A stretch of DNA of 64,000 nt from a virus. The notes under the pieces were generated by a model. It was not told where the DNA came from. It did not search any database and worked only from the letters and a program-made list of their open reading frames with translations. Positions 18,491-30,147 of this stretch are shown here, one piece after another. Every line of letters begins with the position of its first letter. Within the stretch, counting starts at the first letter, position 1. A program made the position numbers and the translations under genes. The stretch lies in the IMG/VR virus record IMGVR_UViG_3300032285_003860; one strand, given 5' to 3'.

Positions 18491-20323
18491 ATGGCAAATT
18501 TTGTAGGTTTAATAACTGGCACACTGGGATACGAAAAAAGGAAAGAGTTTTTCGGTAATGCCCTTATGCTCAGGGAGGTTGACACATACAACTATGAAAT
18601 TTATAGCACTGATTTTGCCACCCAAAATGCAGATGTAATTCAAAATAAAATACAGCAGCAATTTTCTAGTGTTTATTCTGGAGATGTTAATGTTAAAGTA
18701 TTTAATACTCAAAACACTTATCAATTTCCTAGCGATAGCTTAAGAGCTTCAAGATTTTCGGTAACCGTTGAAATTAAATTGCCATACGCCAATTTATCCA
18801 GTGACTTTACTGAATTGGCTGGAAATTATTACAAGGGTTTAGATTCAACATTCTTTACTAACTATGGCAAATATTTGTTGGATTTTAAAGAAGATTTTAC
18901 CTTTGCTACAAATGCAAATGGAAATAGAGAATTTGGACATAATGTTTCTTTTGGATTACAAACTGGTTGGTCAGGAGTCAATTCTCAAGCAGGAAGAAAA
19001 TCTTATGCGCAGCAAGTAGTTAGCGGCATCTTTAGTCAAGACAAAAATACCACATTTGGTATAGATACAATGGTTGGTAATGTTCTTTATGTCGGGGACA
19101 GTGGAGTGTTTAGAAATTACTTTTCAGAATCTTATGACTTGATGAAAAACTCTTATAGTTTTTCAAGAAAAAGAGAGCAATTGCCCATTGATTCAACAAA
19201 TTCCATTTATAATCTTAATTATGCAATTAATTTAAATACAGATGGTACTGTTGATGTTTCAGAGAAAGCTTCCACAATGGCAAAGATTAGTTTCAATTCC
19301 GCAAAGACTGATTTTGATAATTTTTATACTGGGTCATATGGTCGCTGTAATGTTATGTTTAATAAATTTTATAATTCAAACATTATGCTGCAAGACACGC
19401 AGTATTCCACCTATGGAATAAATGCTGTTTCTGGGTTAATAAATTCTCCTTTAAAATTAACAAGATTTTACGACACAAATAGTATGCAGTTAAATTATGA
19501 TGTCACTTATACCAACAACCCAAACTATTCTGGGCCAGGAACAATACAATCAGAAACTCTTGAATTTAATATTGATAAATATAATAAAGTCGAGGTTTCT
19601 CATGCCTTTGATTTTATATCTAATAGGATTACGGGCAGCGCCGCAACATTTTCTAGTTTAATTAATTCTGCTATTTCATCAACTGGACCAACAGTAAGTG
19701 GGTATTATAGCTCAAATTTTTCTAATATCAATACAATTTTCCCAAAAATTAATTTAATTAAAAGCACGGCGAGTTATCCAAATATCAAAACAAAAGCAAT
19801 GGCCAAGTTTGAATATAGTAACAATCCCACTTATTTTGTTACATATAATGGCATAGTTTTTAAAATTTTAGATTATGATATTGAAAAGAAATCTCCCCCA
19901 GATTTAATTAAAGAATATAAAATTGTTAATCGCCCCACTAAAAAGTCAGTAATGACTTATGAATATCAATCAGAAAGGGGTATATTGTCGGTCAGCGTAA
20001 AAGCTTCAATTGGCAAACAAAATAATCAATTTTATCCAAACACTAATGGGACTTTTTCGCCATTGAATGATGATTCAAATAGTAATAATTTGCAACTATA
20101 TCAATATTTAAATGCCCTTTATCAATACGCTGGACAATTGTTCCTGGCTCAATTTGGCAATCCAACGGTGGCATTTAATTGGTTTATTTCTGATTCTAGT
20201 TATTCTTTTAGTTCTGAAGGCGAATTAATGGTAAAAATAGATTATAATTATACATTAAAGAAGAGATCCAATGTTTTACAAAGCAATCAAAGGCCCACCA
20301 CAGTCCCAGTAGGTGGTTATTAA
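18491..20323 (+). CDS. tail tip/distal tail protein
   Basis: 610 aa, beta-rich, directly after the TMP; shares N.DGTV.V..K.S with the next gene. Confidence 0.55.
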   Translation: MANFVGLITGTLGYEKRKEFFGNALMLREVDTYNYEIYSTDFATQNADVIQNKIQQQFSSVYSGDVNVKVFNTQNTYQFPSDSLRASRFSVTVEIKLPYANLSSDFTELAGNYYKGLDSTFFTNYGKYLLDFKEDFTFATNANGNREFGHNVSFGLQTGWSGVNSQAGRKSYAQQVVSGIFSQDKNTTFGIDTMVGNVLYVGDSGVFRNYFSESYDLMKNSYSFSRKREQLPIDSTNSIYNLNYAINLNTDGTVDVSEKASTMAKISFNSAKTDFDNFYTGSYGRCNVMFNKFYNSNIMLQDTQYSTYGINAVSGLINSPLKLTRFYDTNSMQLNYDVTYTNNPNYSGPGTIQSETLEFNIDKYNKVEVSHAFDFISNRITGSAATFSSLINSAISSTGPTVSGYYSSNFSNINTIFPKINLIKSTASYPNIKTKAMAKFEYSNNPTYFVTYNGIVFKILDYDIEKKSPPDLIKEYKIVNRPTKKSVMTYEYQSERGILSVSVKASIGKQNNQFYPNTNGTFSPLNDDSNSNNLQLYQYLNALYQYAGQLFLAQFGNPTVAFNWFISDSSYSFSSEGELMVKIDYNYTLKKRSNVLQSNQRPTTVPVGGY

Positions 20324-20326
20324 TTT

Positions 20327-21991
20327 ATGACAAACAGTATAACAGTATCATATAATGGCACAGCTTTAAATCCAACGCCATTAATTAATTATTCAAAAAC
20401 GCCAATTAATTTTGGTTATATCTATGGATACAATACAGATATAACTTTAGATGGTCTTTATTCTGGTATATTAACCACTGGAGCAACAATATCTGCTTTA
20501 ACAACCATATTTGCAAATCAATTTAAAACGTTGAGCGTTGATACAGACACAACTACAAATCTTTATAAGTGGGATAATGTAACTGTTGATTCTATATCAA
20601 TTGATCCGAACCCCTATTACTCAGGCAGCTTTGTCAAATATTCTATTAAATTAAAATCTTATGATTTCCCTAGTGGGGTTATCGACCCTTCGAATGAATA
20701 TTCTTTTACCCAAAATGATGATGGAACAGTAAATGTTAATCATAAAATTAGCGCAAGAGGCGTAAGAAATAATGTTGGCGCATTTGCAAATGCAATCGCT
20801 TTTGTTGGTCAGTTTACTGGAAGAGACCCATATTCAAATTGTGCTCCTTATTTTGTTCCAAATGGGAGCGGGGTATTATTAAGCTCTTCAGAAAGTATAA
20901 ATCGCGCAGAAGGCATATATAGCGTTAACGAAGTTTATAAATATATAACTGGAGACACAACAAGTCCTTATTTTCATACTACCAATTTAAGTATTGATGA
21001 TAGCATTGAAGCAGATTTTAGAAAAATAAGTTACGAGTTAAAAATACAGGGCTCACCAATATCAAAAAATTTAGAAAACGTTATTTCTACTTTAAATTAT
21101 GATCTTCAGTCAGACATTGGAGATGAGTTTGGGTTTGATGTTTCTAACTGGGTCAAAGATACTTATTCTGCTACCATTGATTCTGGTTCAGCATCAATTG
21201 ATATAAAAGTTGGTTACATTTCTGGTGCATCAATAAAAACTGGATTTTTTGATTATGATGTGGTTTGGGATAATGACAGACTAACAAATACAGAAAACTG
21301 GAAAGTAAATGGGGACTTTAGATGTTTTGGACCATTAGAATATAAAAGAAATCAATTGGATAAATTTAAAACGGCTAATAATATAAATTTATCGGGAAAT
21401 GACGCTTGGCGTCCTTATTTATCTGGATTAATAACTTCTTCTCCAATTTATTCGACATTGCATGACTCTTTTAAGAGGTTGTCTTATAATTCCAAAGTTG
21501 TCGTAGACGAAAATCAAAAATTAGCCACATTAAGATTGTCTTTGGAATTAAATGCATCATATGAACCCGCAGGCACTTCTGATTTAAGATATTCTTTAGA
21601 AGGCTCTCCATCAAAGTGGATATATGAATTACTCCCTTCTGCAAATATTGAAGGTTCTTTTGTTATTCAAGACTTACAGTTGCAAACACAGCCAAAACAA
21701 AAATTTACAATTTCAGCAAAAACATATAATAAAGATGCCGCCGCCTCGACTATCTATGGATATATGGGTGGATTAACTTCAACATATGTAAATTCTGGCA
21801 CAGATACAGATGTGGGCGCATTTTTAATTGATGAAAATTTACGCACTGGCGTTTATGATGTTTCTTTGTCTAAAGAATTTTTAGGAAATGATAATGCCTC
21901 AATTTCTTCTACTTTGTTAAAATTGCAGGCAATTGGTACATATTCTGGAACTGTTGCAGTTCGTCCTGGAGGATATAATTTTGGTTATTAA
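20327..21991 (+). CDS. tail tip protein
   Basis: 554 aa; QNDDGTVNVNHKIS motif; call from synteny. Confidence 0.55.
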   Translation: MTNSITVSYNGTALNPTPLINYSKTPINFGYIYGYNTDITLDGLYSGILTTGATISALTTIFANQFKTLSVDTDTTTNLYKWDNVTVDSISIDPNPYYSGSFVKYSIKLKSYDFPSGVIDPSNEYSFTQNDDGTVNVNHKISARGVRNNVGAFANAIAFVGQFTGRDPYSNCAPYFVPNGSGVLLSSSESINRAEGIYSVNEVYKYITGDTTSPYFHTTNLSIDDSIEADFRKISYELKIQGSPISKNLENVISTLNYDLQSDIGDEFGFDVSNWVKDTYSATIDSGSASIDIKVGYISGASIKTGFFDYDVVWDNDRLTNTENWKVNGDFRCFGPLEYKRNQLDKFKTANNINLSGNDAWRPYLSGLITSSPIYSTLHDSFKRLSYNSKVVVDENQKLATLRLSLELNASYEPAGTSDLRYSLEGSPSKWIYELLPSANIEGSFVIQDLQLQTQPKQKFTISAKTYNKDAAASTIYGYMGGLTSTYVNSGTDTDVGAFLIDENLRTGVYDVSLSKEFLGNDNASISSTLLKLQAIGTYSGTVAVRPGGYNFGY

Positions 21992-21997
21992 GTGTAA
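21992..21997 (+). promoter_or_regulatory. GTGTAA putative late promoter motif
   Basis: Directly after the stop codon; followed by AGGACAAAGG and ATG 22022. Confidence 0.6.
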
Positions 21998-22021
21998 TTA
22001 ATCATATTAGGACAAAGGAAA

Positions 22022-23818
22022 ATGAATACCAACTCTTTTTTAACTTGCTTAAATGCAGCGGGAGTAAACACAGGAATTTCCATTCTTGGTTTATATTCAT
22101 TTTCTAGTGGTACCCCTTCACTAGTTTATAATCAAGTATATACAACTGGATTAAACTTATATAATGGTTCTCCTTATGCCCCATCTTTGCCATTAATTTT
22201 TGTTGGCACAGGCAATCAAACTAGCGGCAGTTTTTCAAAAAAACAACCTTATCAAATAGGTACAGGTATACCCAGTATTTTTTCTACAATTTTTTCTTTA
22301 AACTATAGTGGATGTTTAAATAATCAGGGGAGCAATTATTTACTTGCTTCAACAGTTTTTGATTATAATAGTTCTACTTCTGGGGTTTCGCTAGGAATCA
22401 CTCCTTCTAATAGGCTTTTTTTCAATACCAAGAATTATTCATATACTTTACCACAAGAAATTGGAATTGGAGATTTTGCTTGTTTTAGCGTTCAAGATAA
22501 TAGATTTGTGAATATTGGATTAATGAATTTAAGAGATAATTCATATACTCAAAAATTTTATGACGCTGGGAGCGGAGCATTAGATTCTTCTCAATTATTT
22601 ATCGGAGGAATGAAAAATTATCCTCCCAATTTTACTGGATACTCTGGCGTTATAAAAGATATATATTTATTTAGCGGTAATCTATCAAATCAATTTATAA
22701 GTAATTGTGTAGACTGTTCATTTGCCACCGGCTCATCTTATTCATCTTTAACCTCTGGATATAGTTCTGCCAAAATAACGGGGTCTTATTGGACTGGTAT
22801 TTATGAAACTGGCATAACAGGTTATCAAACTGTTTCCACCTCATACATAAAACAAGATGGAACTTCTGGCACCCTATATATTAATTCTGGATTAACTGGA
22901 AATATTTTATCGTATTATGGTCTTACTCCTCAAATTCAAAATGTCCAGTACAACCTTACTGGAACAGGAATTTCAATTCAATATGATACAGGAACAAGAG
23001 CAGGTTATTCAACTTTTGATTTATATATTCAACAGGGTCTTGTTTCTGGGGATGTAGTAGAAGTTTATACTTATCCCGTCAACAACTCTAATATTGAGTT
23101 GTCTATATTTAATAATTTATATCCAATTGTAAGTGGTGAGGCGCAGATATATGGCAATGGTCTTGCAGAAACCTCTGGGGTAGATTATACTGTTGCTTTT
23201 AATAATGTAATTAATGGTTTTGACAACAATGATGTCCTTTTGTATGACATTTATCCTGTAACTTTTACAATGCCTTATCAAAGCGGGTATGTTTCCACTG
23301 GTGTTTCTGGTTCTGGTTATATTTTAATTACTGGCATTAGTGGTATAAATTTGAATTCGGGATTTAACTATGATTTTTACCTAAATGGTCAAAAAATGAT
23401 TAGCGGCTTAAATTATACTTCTAGTGGATCCACTTTAAGGGTTTCTGGCAATGATTTATCCGACATTAATGACCCATATCAAGATTATCTTGAGGCCAAA
23501 TTTATACCCATTTATTCTGGTTTTTTAAGAAAACTTTACCAAATATCTGGAAGTCAGTACTATATTAGCGGAATTTTAGGGTTTAATCAACAAATCTGGG
23601 TTAATGGTCTTAGACAGAGGCTCAATATTGATTATTATAAATATAGCAGATGTAGGTTCTGTTCTGGTGATTTTAATGACCCTAATTATTCATTTAATTT
23701 ATATAATAATGTATCAAGTACACTAGATTTATTTAATCTATATGACCTAGATTCTATAGTTTTTGGTTTTGATGGACAGCCACTCTTAGATACAAGTGGG
23801 CAGTTTATTTATTTTTAA
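22022..23818 (+). CDS. tail-associated virion protein with LamG-like N-terminus
   Basis: LFIGG...YSGVIKDIYLFSG LamG-like motif; repeated Y.NG....SG.DY units; very [ST]G-rich. Confidence 0.6.
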   Translation: MNTNSFLTCLNAAGVNTGISILGLYSFSSGTPSLVYNQVYTTGLNLYNGSPYAPSLPLIFVGTGNQTSGSFSKKQPYQIGTGIPSIFSTIFSLNYSGCLNNQGSNYLLASTVFDYNSSTSGVSLGITPSNRLFFNTKNYSYTLPQEIGIGDFACFSVQDNRFVNIGLMNLRDNSYTQKFYDAGSGALDSSQLFIGGMKNYPPNFTGYSGVIKDIYLFSGNLSNQFISNCVDCSFATGSSYSSLTSGYSSAKITGSYWTGIYETGITGYQTVSTSYIKQDGTSGTLYINSGLTGNILSYYGLTPQIQNVQYNLTGTGISIQYDTGTRAGYSTFDLYIQQGLVSGDVVEVYTYPVNNSNIELSIFNNLYPIVSGEAQIYGNGLAETSGVDYTVAFNNVINGFDNNDVLLYDIYPVTFTMPYQSGYVSTGVSGSGYILITGISGINLNSGFNYDFYLNGQKMISGLNYTSSGSTLRVSGNDLSDINDPYQDYLEAKFIPIYSGFLRKLYQISGSQYYISGILGFNQQIWVNGLRQRLNIDYYKYSRCRFCSGDFNDPNYSFNLYNNVSSTLDLFNLYDLDSIVFGFDGQPLLDTSGQFIYF

Positions 23819-23828
23819 TAATTAATAT

Positions 23829-26800
23829 ATGATTCAAGTTTTACAAGGAGTAAAGGTTACGCCAAAAGGCTCTAAAAATCGTTTTTTGAGTGATGCCAAA
23901 TGGAAGCAGCAATCATATGCTTTCGGGGGATGGATTTATGATGTGTCTACTGAATTAAATTTCAGTACAAGCCCCACAGAAATTCAAATGCATGTCGCTT
24001 TGGAGACCTCTTCTTTTTCTCAATCTGCCGCTTTTTTTGACATCAATCAGGGGGATTTGAATTGTAGCGCCGACATAGGCGGGGCATCAAATGAAAGAAC
24101 TTTTGATATAGATTTAGATGGACTTGTTTTTTCTGACTTTCTTTTGTATTCCTATGATATTTCAATAGACGCTGGTCAAAAAATTCTTCATGTTGTTTTC
24201 AAAGACCATTCTCTTATTCTTGATAAAATTTATGTAGGATTATTTAGAAAAGAAGGTTTTACTTTCCCTCATTTTGCCAGTTCGATTATTCAAATGCCGA
24301 TGAGATGTCAGACCTGTCAATATGACAGCAGTGTCGTAAGTGGCACGGGTGTTGTTTCCAGAGATATTGGTTATGCTTCTTATGCTGGTATGAATGGAAA
24401 GGTTTATGATGGATTTTCAAATGTTTATTATGGAGATGGAAATGTTTATGATTCTTGGAATAAATTAATTAAATTTTCAAATAATCAAGGGGCATCTCCT
24501 GGAGCTTTTGGTACATTTGATTTAAATGGTGGATATTTAATTCTTGGCTCTGAAAGCGCAACAACTGAAAGATGCAATAGCTCTCCTGATGTTACTTATA
24601 GTTTCATTGAATTACTTGCATCTCTCAAAAGCAATGGTTTAGCTTTTAAAGGGGCATTTCCTAGTGGATATGCAGATTCAGATTCGTTATATAGAAAAAA
24701 CTATAATGGTCCATTAAGAAATGTTTTAGAAAATTGGTGTTCAGATTTGGGTTATACATTTTATTGCAGTGGCAAAACTTTCATTGGCGTTAATTTAAAA
24801 AACCCTATTGATATTAGTAATTTGACAGGGATTGCCGACCCAACAAGCACGCTTGGCCAAGGATTCCAGATTAATTATGGTGGCAATACAAATGGCACCG
24901 CTATTCTTTCGATGAATAGTAAGGTTTCCCTTGATGGAACATTTAAACAATCTGTTGTGGTAGAAAATGACTATCCTATCCAAGAAAAGCAAACAAGCAA
25001 AACTGTTAAAAAATATATTGGTATAACTCCATTACATCCCATTTCTTTAAATGAAATAAATCAGGCTCAAATTAGTGATATTAATGTCTATGGGACTCCA
25101 TTCTATAGAAGCGCTTATGATACTGATTGTTTTGACAAACAATTTACTGCTGGTGGTCCAGCAACAATAGAAAACTCTGCTTGGTATCTTAATTTTGCTA
25201 GATTAGATGGCAGAAGCTATGGCGATGTTGACGCGGCAATTGCGCTAACAAATTATAATTCTTCTTTAAGAGATATGTTTGTCGCTCAAAGAGCTTTGCG
25301 TAATGTAAGTTATGGCGCAAACACCGTATTAAGATATCAAAATGGAGAGCCTGTTACTGATGCAAATGGCGTCATATTGTATGATTCTTTAGCTAATCCA
25401 TATTGCGTTGCAAATTTTAATGCCCTTGGAATGTTCCCAGTTTTGGAAATAACTGACCCACAATTCAAAACAGATATTTTATCAGATAACATTACTAATG
25501 CAGAAAAAGATGGTTTATCCAATCTGAACATTGATCAACAGTATTATAGAGTTTTCTTGGGTTATTATTTTCCTGATTATAAAGAAGATATAATAAATTG
25601 GGAAAAAGCGGCAGCAGATTCAATGTATAAATATGGTGCTGTAACGCGTGGAACTTTGACAACTTTCCCATTCGTGTCTGGAAATATTTTAGATGATATT
25701 TCTCCAACGGTTGGATTTTATGGTCAAAATGGTCTAGTTTATACAAGATTGGAAAATTCTTTTGACCCATCAACAGATAGATATCAAGATGTTAAAACTT
25801 TTCCAAATCCAGATGTTTTTATTGGTTCTGGATATGTAAAATCACTTTCTCAAGGCACCTATTATAGAAATAATTCAAGTTATACTTCATTTATCCCTCC
25901 TGGTTATAGCGATTACCCTGGAAGAGTTCCGACTGGATTATGGATTGCTTCACTAGATAATCCTTGGGGTACAACTCAAGAAGATTTTAATAGGCAATTA
26001 ACAATGCAGCTAACTGATGTTTGCGCGCAAAACTATAGCATTTCTCAAAGCGCCCAAGAACAGCTTACTCAAACAGATAGACAAAACCAAGATTGGAGAT
26101 TGGAAGATTTTCTTCCTATTGCCAATCCAGACTTAGAAAAGGTGGATGATTTAATTAGAACGCTTGTATACGATGGGTATAATATAGACACCTTTCCAGA
26201 TGAAGTTGTAACGACTTATGTTGATATTCACCGTATTCAAAAGAAGCACTGCAAAAAACTTCATGTTTTAATCATTCCCGATACCATTACTCATCCAAAT
26301 ATCTACGCACAATTTAATGCAAGACCAATTAATAAAATTAATCCAATTGCTTTAAAAACTTATAAACAAAGATTATATGAGACTGATTTAAAGAAATTTA
26401 CAACGGAAACGCCAAGTATTTGTAGCTTAAGTCTTCTTGATGAAATGTGCAGAAATCTATTAACTGGTGCACAAGGGTCAAATTATACGCTTCAAGGTTT
26501 TAATTTTCCTTCTACTCAAGCAAATGGCTGCGTTCTTTTGGAAAATAAAAATAATCCATTTTTTTATGGATTTCAAAATGATACATTATATCGCCCCAAT
26601 TCAAGGAGCTTAGATATTTATATCCAAAAAAATCCCAATAAAGAATTTTCCATGCCCACAGACGTGAATGGAGATATTTATTTTTCTGACTTAGATGGAA
26701 CTGTTGTTTTGCAAGATGGGTCATTGAATACATCCATTATTTATCCTGTGCAGCCAAATTCACAACAATATGCTGGATTTGGATATGGATCTCAGGCAAA

Positions 26801-27308
26801 CTATTCTGGAGTATTATCTACTACGATATTAGAAGAATATCGTATTCCAAAATTAACAAATATATATGGGTCTCCAGTAAATACCACTGGAAATAATACA
26901 ATTAAGCAAAAAATGATTCATACTCCAGTTGATGATACATTGCAACCTCAATTGGATCCAAATTCAAATAAAGCCACTCCATATATTACGGTCATTTCTG
27001 GAGGAGGATATTCCAATATTGTTACTACTCCACAACAATATTATAATTTAATCTCTGGTATCAATAATTACAATCTTGATGTCCCAACTAAAACAATTGA
27101 TTTAAGTTTAGCTGGTTCTCCAAGATTTTTCCCATCTGCATTTTTACCTTATTTGACTCCTTCTAATGGTTTAATCAGTATAAAATTAAGCGTAGGGGAA
27201 AATGGTGTAAAAACTGATATGACTTTTTCTGATAGACCAAAGCAATTGCCGACTGAAGAAGCAATCTTAAATAAGATTGGACCAAGGATAAAAGGAGTTT
27301 ATAACTAA
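23829..27308 (+). CDS. large tail hub/central tail protein
   Basis: 1159 aa; GPLRNVLENWCSDLGYTFY resembles hub proteins; call partly from synteny. Confidence 0.5.
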   Translation: MIQVLQGVKVTPKGSKNRFLSDAKWKQQSYAFGGWIYDVSTELNFSTSPTEIQMHVALETSSFSQSAAFFDINQGDLNCSADIGGASNERTFDIDLDGLVFSDFLLYSYDISIDAGQKILHVVFKDHSLILDKIYVGLFRKEGFTFPHFASSIIQMPMRCQTCQYDSSVVSGTGVVSRDIGYASYAGMNGKVYDGFSNVYYGDGNVYDSWNKLIKFSNNQGASPGAFGTFDLNGGYLILGSESATTERCNSSPDVTYSFIELLASLKSNGLAFKGAFPSGYADSDSLYRKNYNGPLRNVLENWCSDLGYTFYCSGKTFIGVNLKNPIDISNLTGIADPTSTLGQGFQINYGGNTNGTAILSMNSKVSLDGTFKQSVVVENDYPIQEKQTSKTVKKYIGITPLHPISLNEINQAQISDINVYGTPFYRSAYDTDCFDKQFTAGGPATIENSAWYLNFARLDGRSYGDVDAAIALTNYNSSLRDMFVAQRALRNVSYGANTVLRYQNGEPVTDANGVILYDSLANPYCVANFNALGMFPVLEITDPQFKTDILSDNITNAEKDGLSNLNIDQQYYRVFLGYYFPDYKEDIINWEKAAADSMYKYGAVTRGTLTTFPFVSGNILDDISPTVGFYGQNGLVYTRLENSFDPSTDRYQDVKTFPNPDVFIGSGYVKSLSQGTYYRNNSSYTSFIPPGYSDYPGRVPTGLWIASLDNPWGTTQEDFNRQLTMQLTDVCAQNYSISQSAQEQLTQTDRQNQDWRLEDFLPIANPDLEKVDDLIRTLVYDGYNIDTFPDEVVTTYVDIHRIQKKHCKKLHVLIIPDTITHPNIYAQFNARPINKINPIALKTYKQRLYETDLKKFTTETPSICSLSLLDEMCRNLLTGAQGSNYTLQGFNFPSTQANGCVLLENKNNPFFYGFQNDTLYRPNSRSLDIYIQKNPNKEFSMPTDVNGDIYFSDLDGTVVLQDGSLNTSIIYPVQPNSQQYAGFGYGSQANYSGVLSTTILEEYRIPKLTNIYGSPVNTTGNNTIKQKMIHTPVDDTLQPQLDPNSNKATPYITVISGGGYSNIVTTPQQYYNLISGINNYNLDVPTKTIDLSLAGSPRFFPSAFLPYLTPSNGLISIKLSVGENGVKTDMTFSDRPKQLPTEEAILNKIGPRIKGVYN

Positions 27309-29185
27309 TGACGCTTACTGGTACAAATTATCTTTATTTGCCACAAGTTAATGGATTTTCTTTTAACTTGTATAATATAACTTTGTCAGATTTTAATAAT
27401 CCGGTGACATTCTCTTTTATTGATAAAAACTCTAACTCCTTTTCTTTTCAATTTTTAAGTGGATATATCTACGATAATTCTGGAAAAATCATTTCTTCTT
27501 GTAATTTGTCGGATTATCAAGTTATAAATGGCTATGTCGGTAATAATACTTTGGATTATCAAATAAATGGCATATTTAATCAAATACCAGTTTCTTTTTC
27601 AAACTTAAATAAATTAACTATTTCATCTAATTCAACGGTAGTAAATTGCGACGTTTCTATCAACTCGAATCCTATAAATTACTCTGTATCTTTCCCAAGT
27701 ACATATAATGTTAGCGGGCAGTTAGTTGGGGTAATAAATTCTGATACAAATTTCGCTGTTTATAATCCAAGTTTATTATTTTATAATAATTCATTTCAAT
27801 TGTTGACCCCGCCGCCAAATGTTTTTATAATTAATTCTGGCTCTAATAATTTTCCGCTTCAAGATGTTGACCCAGTTAGCGTAAGCTATTTAAATACATT
27901 TTTATTGGGTCTTACTTCTTCTTTTGGAGATATTGGTGGTAAGTTCTATTCTAATCGACAAGTTTATGCAACTAATTTATTAACTTTGTCTGATTACGAT
28001 TCAAATGTTTATTACCAAGATTCTTTATTTAATGGTAGTTGGAGTGGAAATTCATTTTCTTATAGCGATAACGCATTGAATTATAATTTTTCTTTTAATA
28101 CTATTTATGGGGACATTTTTGGAGACAGTTTGCCATCCATTGTTTCTATTAAATATGAATCATTATATCCTGTTGATAATTCTACATATATTTCTTCTTA
28201 TGTTACAGGTTTTAATTTAACAAATAGTGGATTGTATTCTGGCGCTGCCCCAAGCGCCTCATTTACCAATTATTATTATGTTACAGGATTAGAAAAGGCA
28301 AATGAAAGTTTTCTATTCAGTTCTGGATGTTCAAGTCAAATTTTGACTACTTTTTCTGGAGGGTCACCTAGTGGTAATGCTAGTGGTTATTTGAATCTTG
28401 TTAATGTTTATTTAAGTGGTATATATGGTTCTGGAGTTAAAAATTACAAAGCTGTTTCAAGTTATTCCGCTTTAAGTAGTGGTTCTGGGTATAAATATTC
28501 TCCAAGTATTATTTTAGCAACAGGAGGTTCGTGTTATAGTTTACCAGATTATTCTGGCGTGGAACTTGGTCAATTTAAAAAGATTAGTGGATCTGGCTCG
28601 TTGCTTTCTCAGGCTGGTGGACTCTACGGAGAAGTTTTAACAACTGGAATCACTGGTTCTGGAGGGGCGGTAACAGGATATAGAGTCACGGGATTAAATA
28701 TTACAAATATAGGTTATGGATATGGATCTAGTTATCCTCCTTTTGTATCCTTTATAAGGAGCACTGGTGACTCTTTAACTAGTAACGCTTCTGGAACTTT
28801 ATCATATAAATCTACTGGATTATATAATTTTACTGGATTTTGGAATGCAGCTGTTGGATCTTCTACTTTGCCAATTTATTCTTCAAGTGGCAAAAATTAT
28901 TATTCTGGGAATTTTCAATTAGGTCAATTTCAAAATTATATAAATTTAGCAGTGGGAGTTTCTGGATTGGATAATACTTATCCTGTGACGGGTCTTTTAA
29001 CTGTATATTTATCAGATGGTTTTACAGGTATCAGTACTCAAAAATTAATATTTCAATCTAGATCTTTTAATTCTTATACCGGCGCGCTTTTACCAAATCC
29101 ATCTTTAATTAGTTATACTCCTCCGCCAGATTTGAGTGGAGTATTCCAACAAACCCAATTACTGTCTCAAACAATTTATTTCTAA
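27308..29185 (+). CDS. virion structural/tail protein
   Basis: 625 aa; repeated VTG..[LI]TN.G.GY...P units as in phage baseplate/structural proteins; [ST]G-rich. Confidence 0.6.
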   Translation: MTLTGTNYLYLPQVNGFSFNLYNITLSDFNNPVTFSFIDKNSNSFSFQFLSGYIYDNSGKIISSCNLSDYQVINGYVGNNTLDYQINGIFNQIPVSFSNLNKLTISSNSTVVNCDVSINSNPINYSVSFPSTYNVSGQLVGVINSDTNFAVYNPSLLFYNNSFQLLTPPPNVFIINSGSNNFPLQDVDPVSVSYLNTFLLGLTSSFGDIGGKFYSNRQVYATNLLTLSDYDSNVYYQDSLFNGSWSGNSFSYSDNALNYNFSFNTIYGDIFGDSLPSIVSIKYESLYPVDNSTYISSYVTGFNLTNSGLYSGAAPSASFTNYYYVTGLEKANESFLFSSGCSSQILTTFSGGSPSGNASGYLNLVNVYLSGIYGSGVKNYKAVSSYSALSSGSGYKYSPSIILATGGSCYSLPDYSGVELGQFKKISGSGSLLSQAGGLYGEVLTTGITGSGGAVTGYRVTGLNITNIGYGYGSSYPPFVSFIRSTGDSLTSNASGTLSYKSTGLYNFTGFWNAAVGSSTLPIYSSSGKNYYSGNFQLGQFQNYINLAVGVSGLDNTYPVTGLLTVYLSDGFTGISTQKLIFQSRSFNSYTGALLPNPSLISYTPPPDLSGVFQQTQLLSQTIYF

Positions 29186-29190
29186 AACCT

Positions 29191-30147
29191 ATGGCAGACA
29201 CAAAAAGCTTGGCTTACGCAAAACAAACAAAGAAAAATGTAGATAGTTTGAATACTAACTCTCTCATTACTGCCACTGTTATTGCCAATTATGGCGATCC
29301 AGGGCTTGATGAAGATTATTATTTTGATATTTTAAGTAGATATGTAATATGTGTTATAGAATCTTCCAATAGATTAATTACTGCTAATGGATGGGCAAAT
29401 GGAAAGAGTTTAATTGTTGTAAAAAGACCAGAAAGCCTATGGATAAATTATCAAGGTGGATTCCTCAACGACGTAGCCACGCAACAAAGAATAGATTATA
29501 ATTTAAATACAAATGTCGGTCCAGCAGGTAATTATGCTACAAATGTTATACCAAGAATCAATTATCCTTATCAAATGGGTGAAACAATTCAGGTTAGAAG
29601 ACTGACTCCAACTGTATCTTCTTTGGTTCAAAATAATTATCAAAAGTTTTTTTATTCACAGTGCACCAATAGCATAACTGATACAAGATATAAAAATTAT
29701 GGAATTTGGCATGAACAAGGAATGGGTACTCTTTCTTATTATTCGTCCGACCAACAAGCAAAAATAACAGAAAAAACCTTGGCAAATATAGCTGGTTATC
29801 CAAATTATTTTGATATTCGCCTCAATAAATATCAATATGAGGCATTTATGCTTACAAAGTATCCCGAATTGACAAAAAGTTTAACTCCATTCTTTTTAAG
29901 CAAAACAACTCCAAATCAAGCATATAAAACTTATCAAGGCGGCTATCTTTTCTTTCAAAATGAATTTATTGCAATAAATAGAGTTTTATATGAAGATGTA
30001 AACGCTGGACCTTTAACAAAACAAAGATTAAGCGTTGATAGTTGTATACCGCTTATCGTTACCACGCCAAATTCATTTTCTGTGCCAAGCACAAGGGCAA
30101 CAGCAACGATAAGTTATACGCCTACATATATAACAAAAAGTAATTAA
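29191..30147 (+). CDS. hypothetical virion protein
   Basis: 318-aa ORF ending the + strand block. Confidence 0.65.
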   Translation: MADTKSLAYAKQTKKNVDSLNTNSLITATVIANYGDPGLDEDYYFDILSRYVICVIESSNRLITANGWANGKSLIVVKRPESLWINYQGGFLNDVATQQRIDYNLNTNVGPAGNYATNVIPRINYPYQMGETIQVRRLTPTVSSLVQNNYQKFFYSQCTNSITDTRYKNYGIWHEQGMGTLSYYSSDQQAKITEKTLANIAGYPNYFDIRLNKYQYEAFMLTKYPELTKSLTPFFLSKTTPNQAYKTYQGGYLFFQNEFIAINRVLYEDVNAGPLTKQRLSVDSCIPLIVTTPNSFSVPSTRATATISYTPTYITKSN

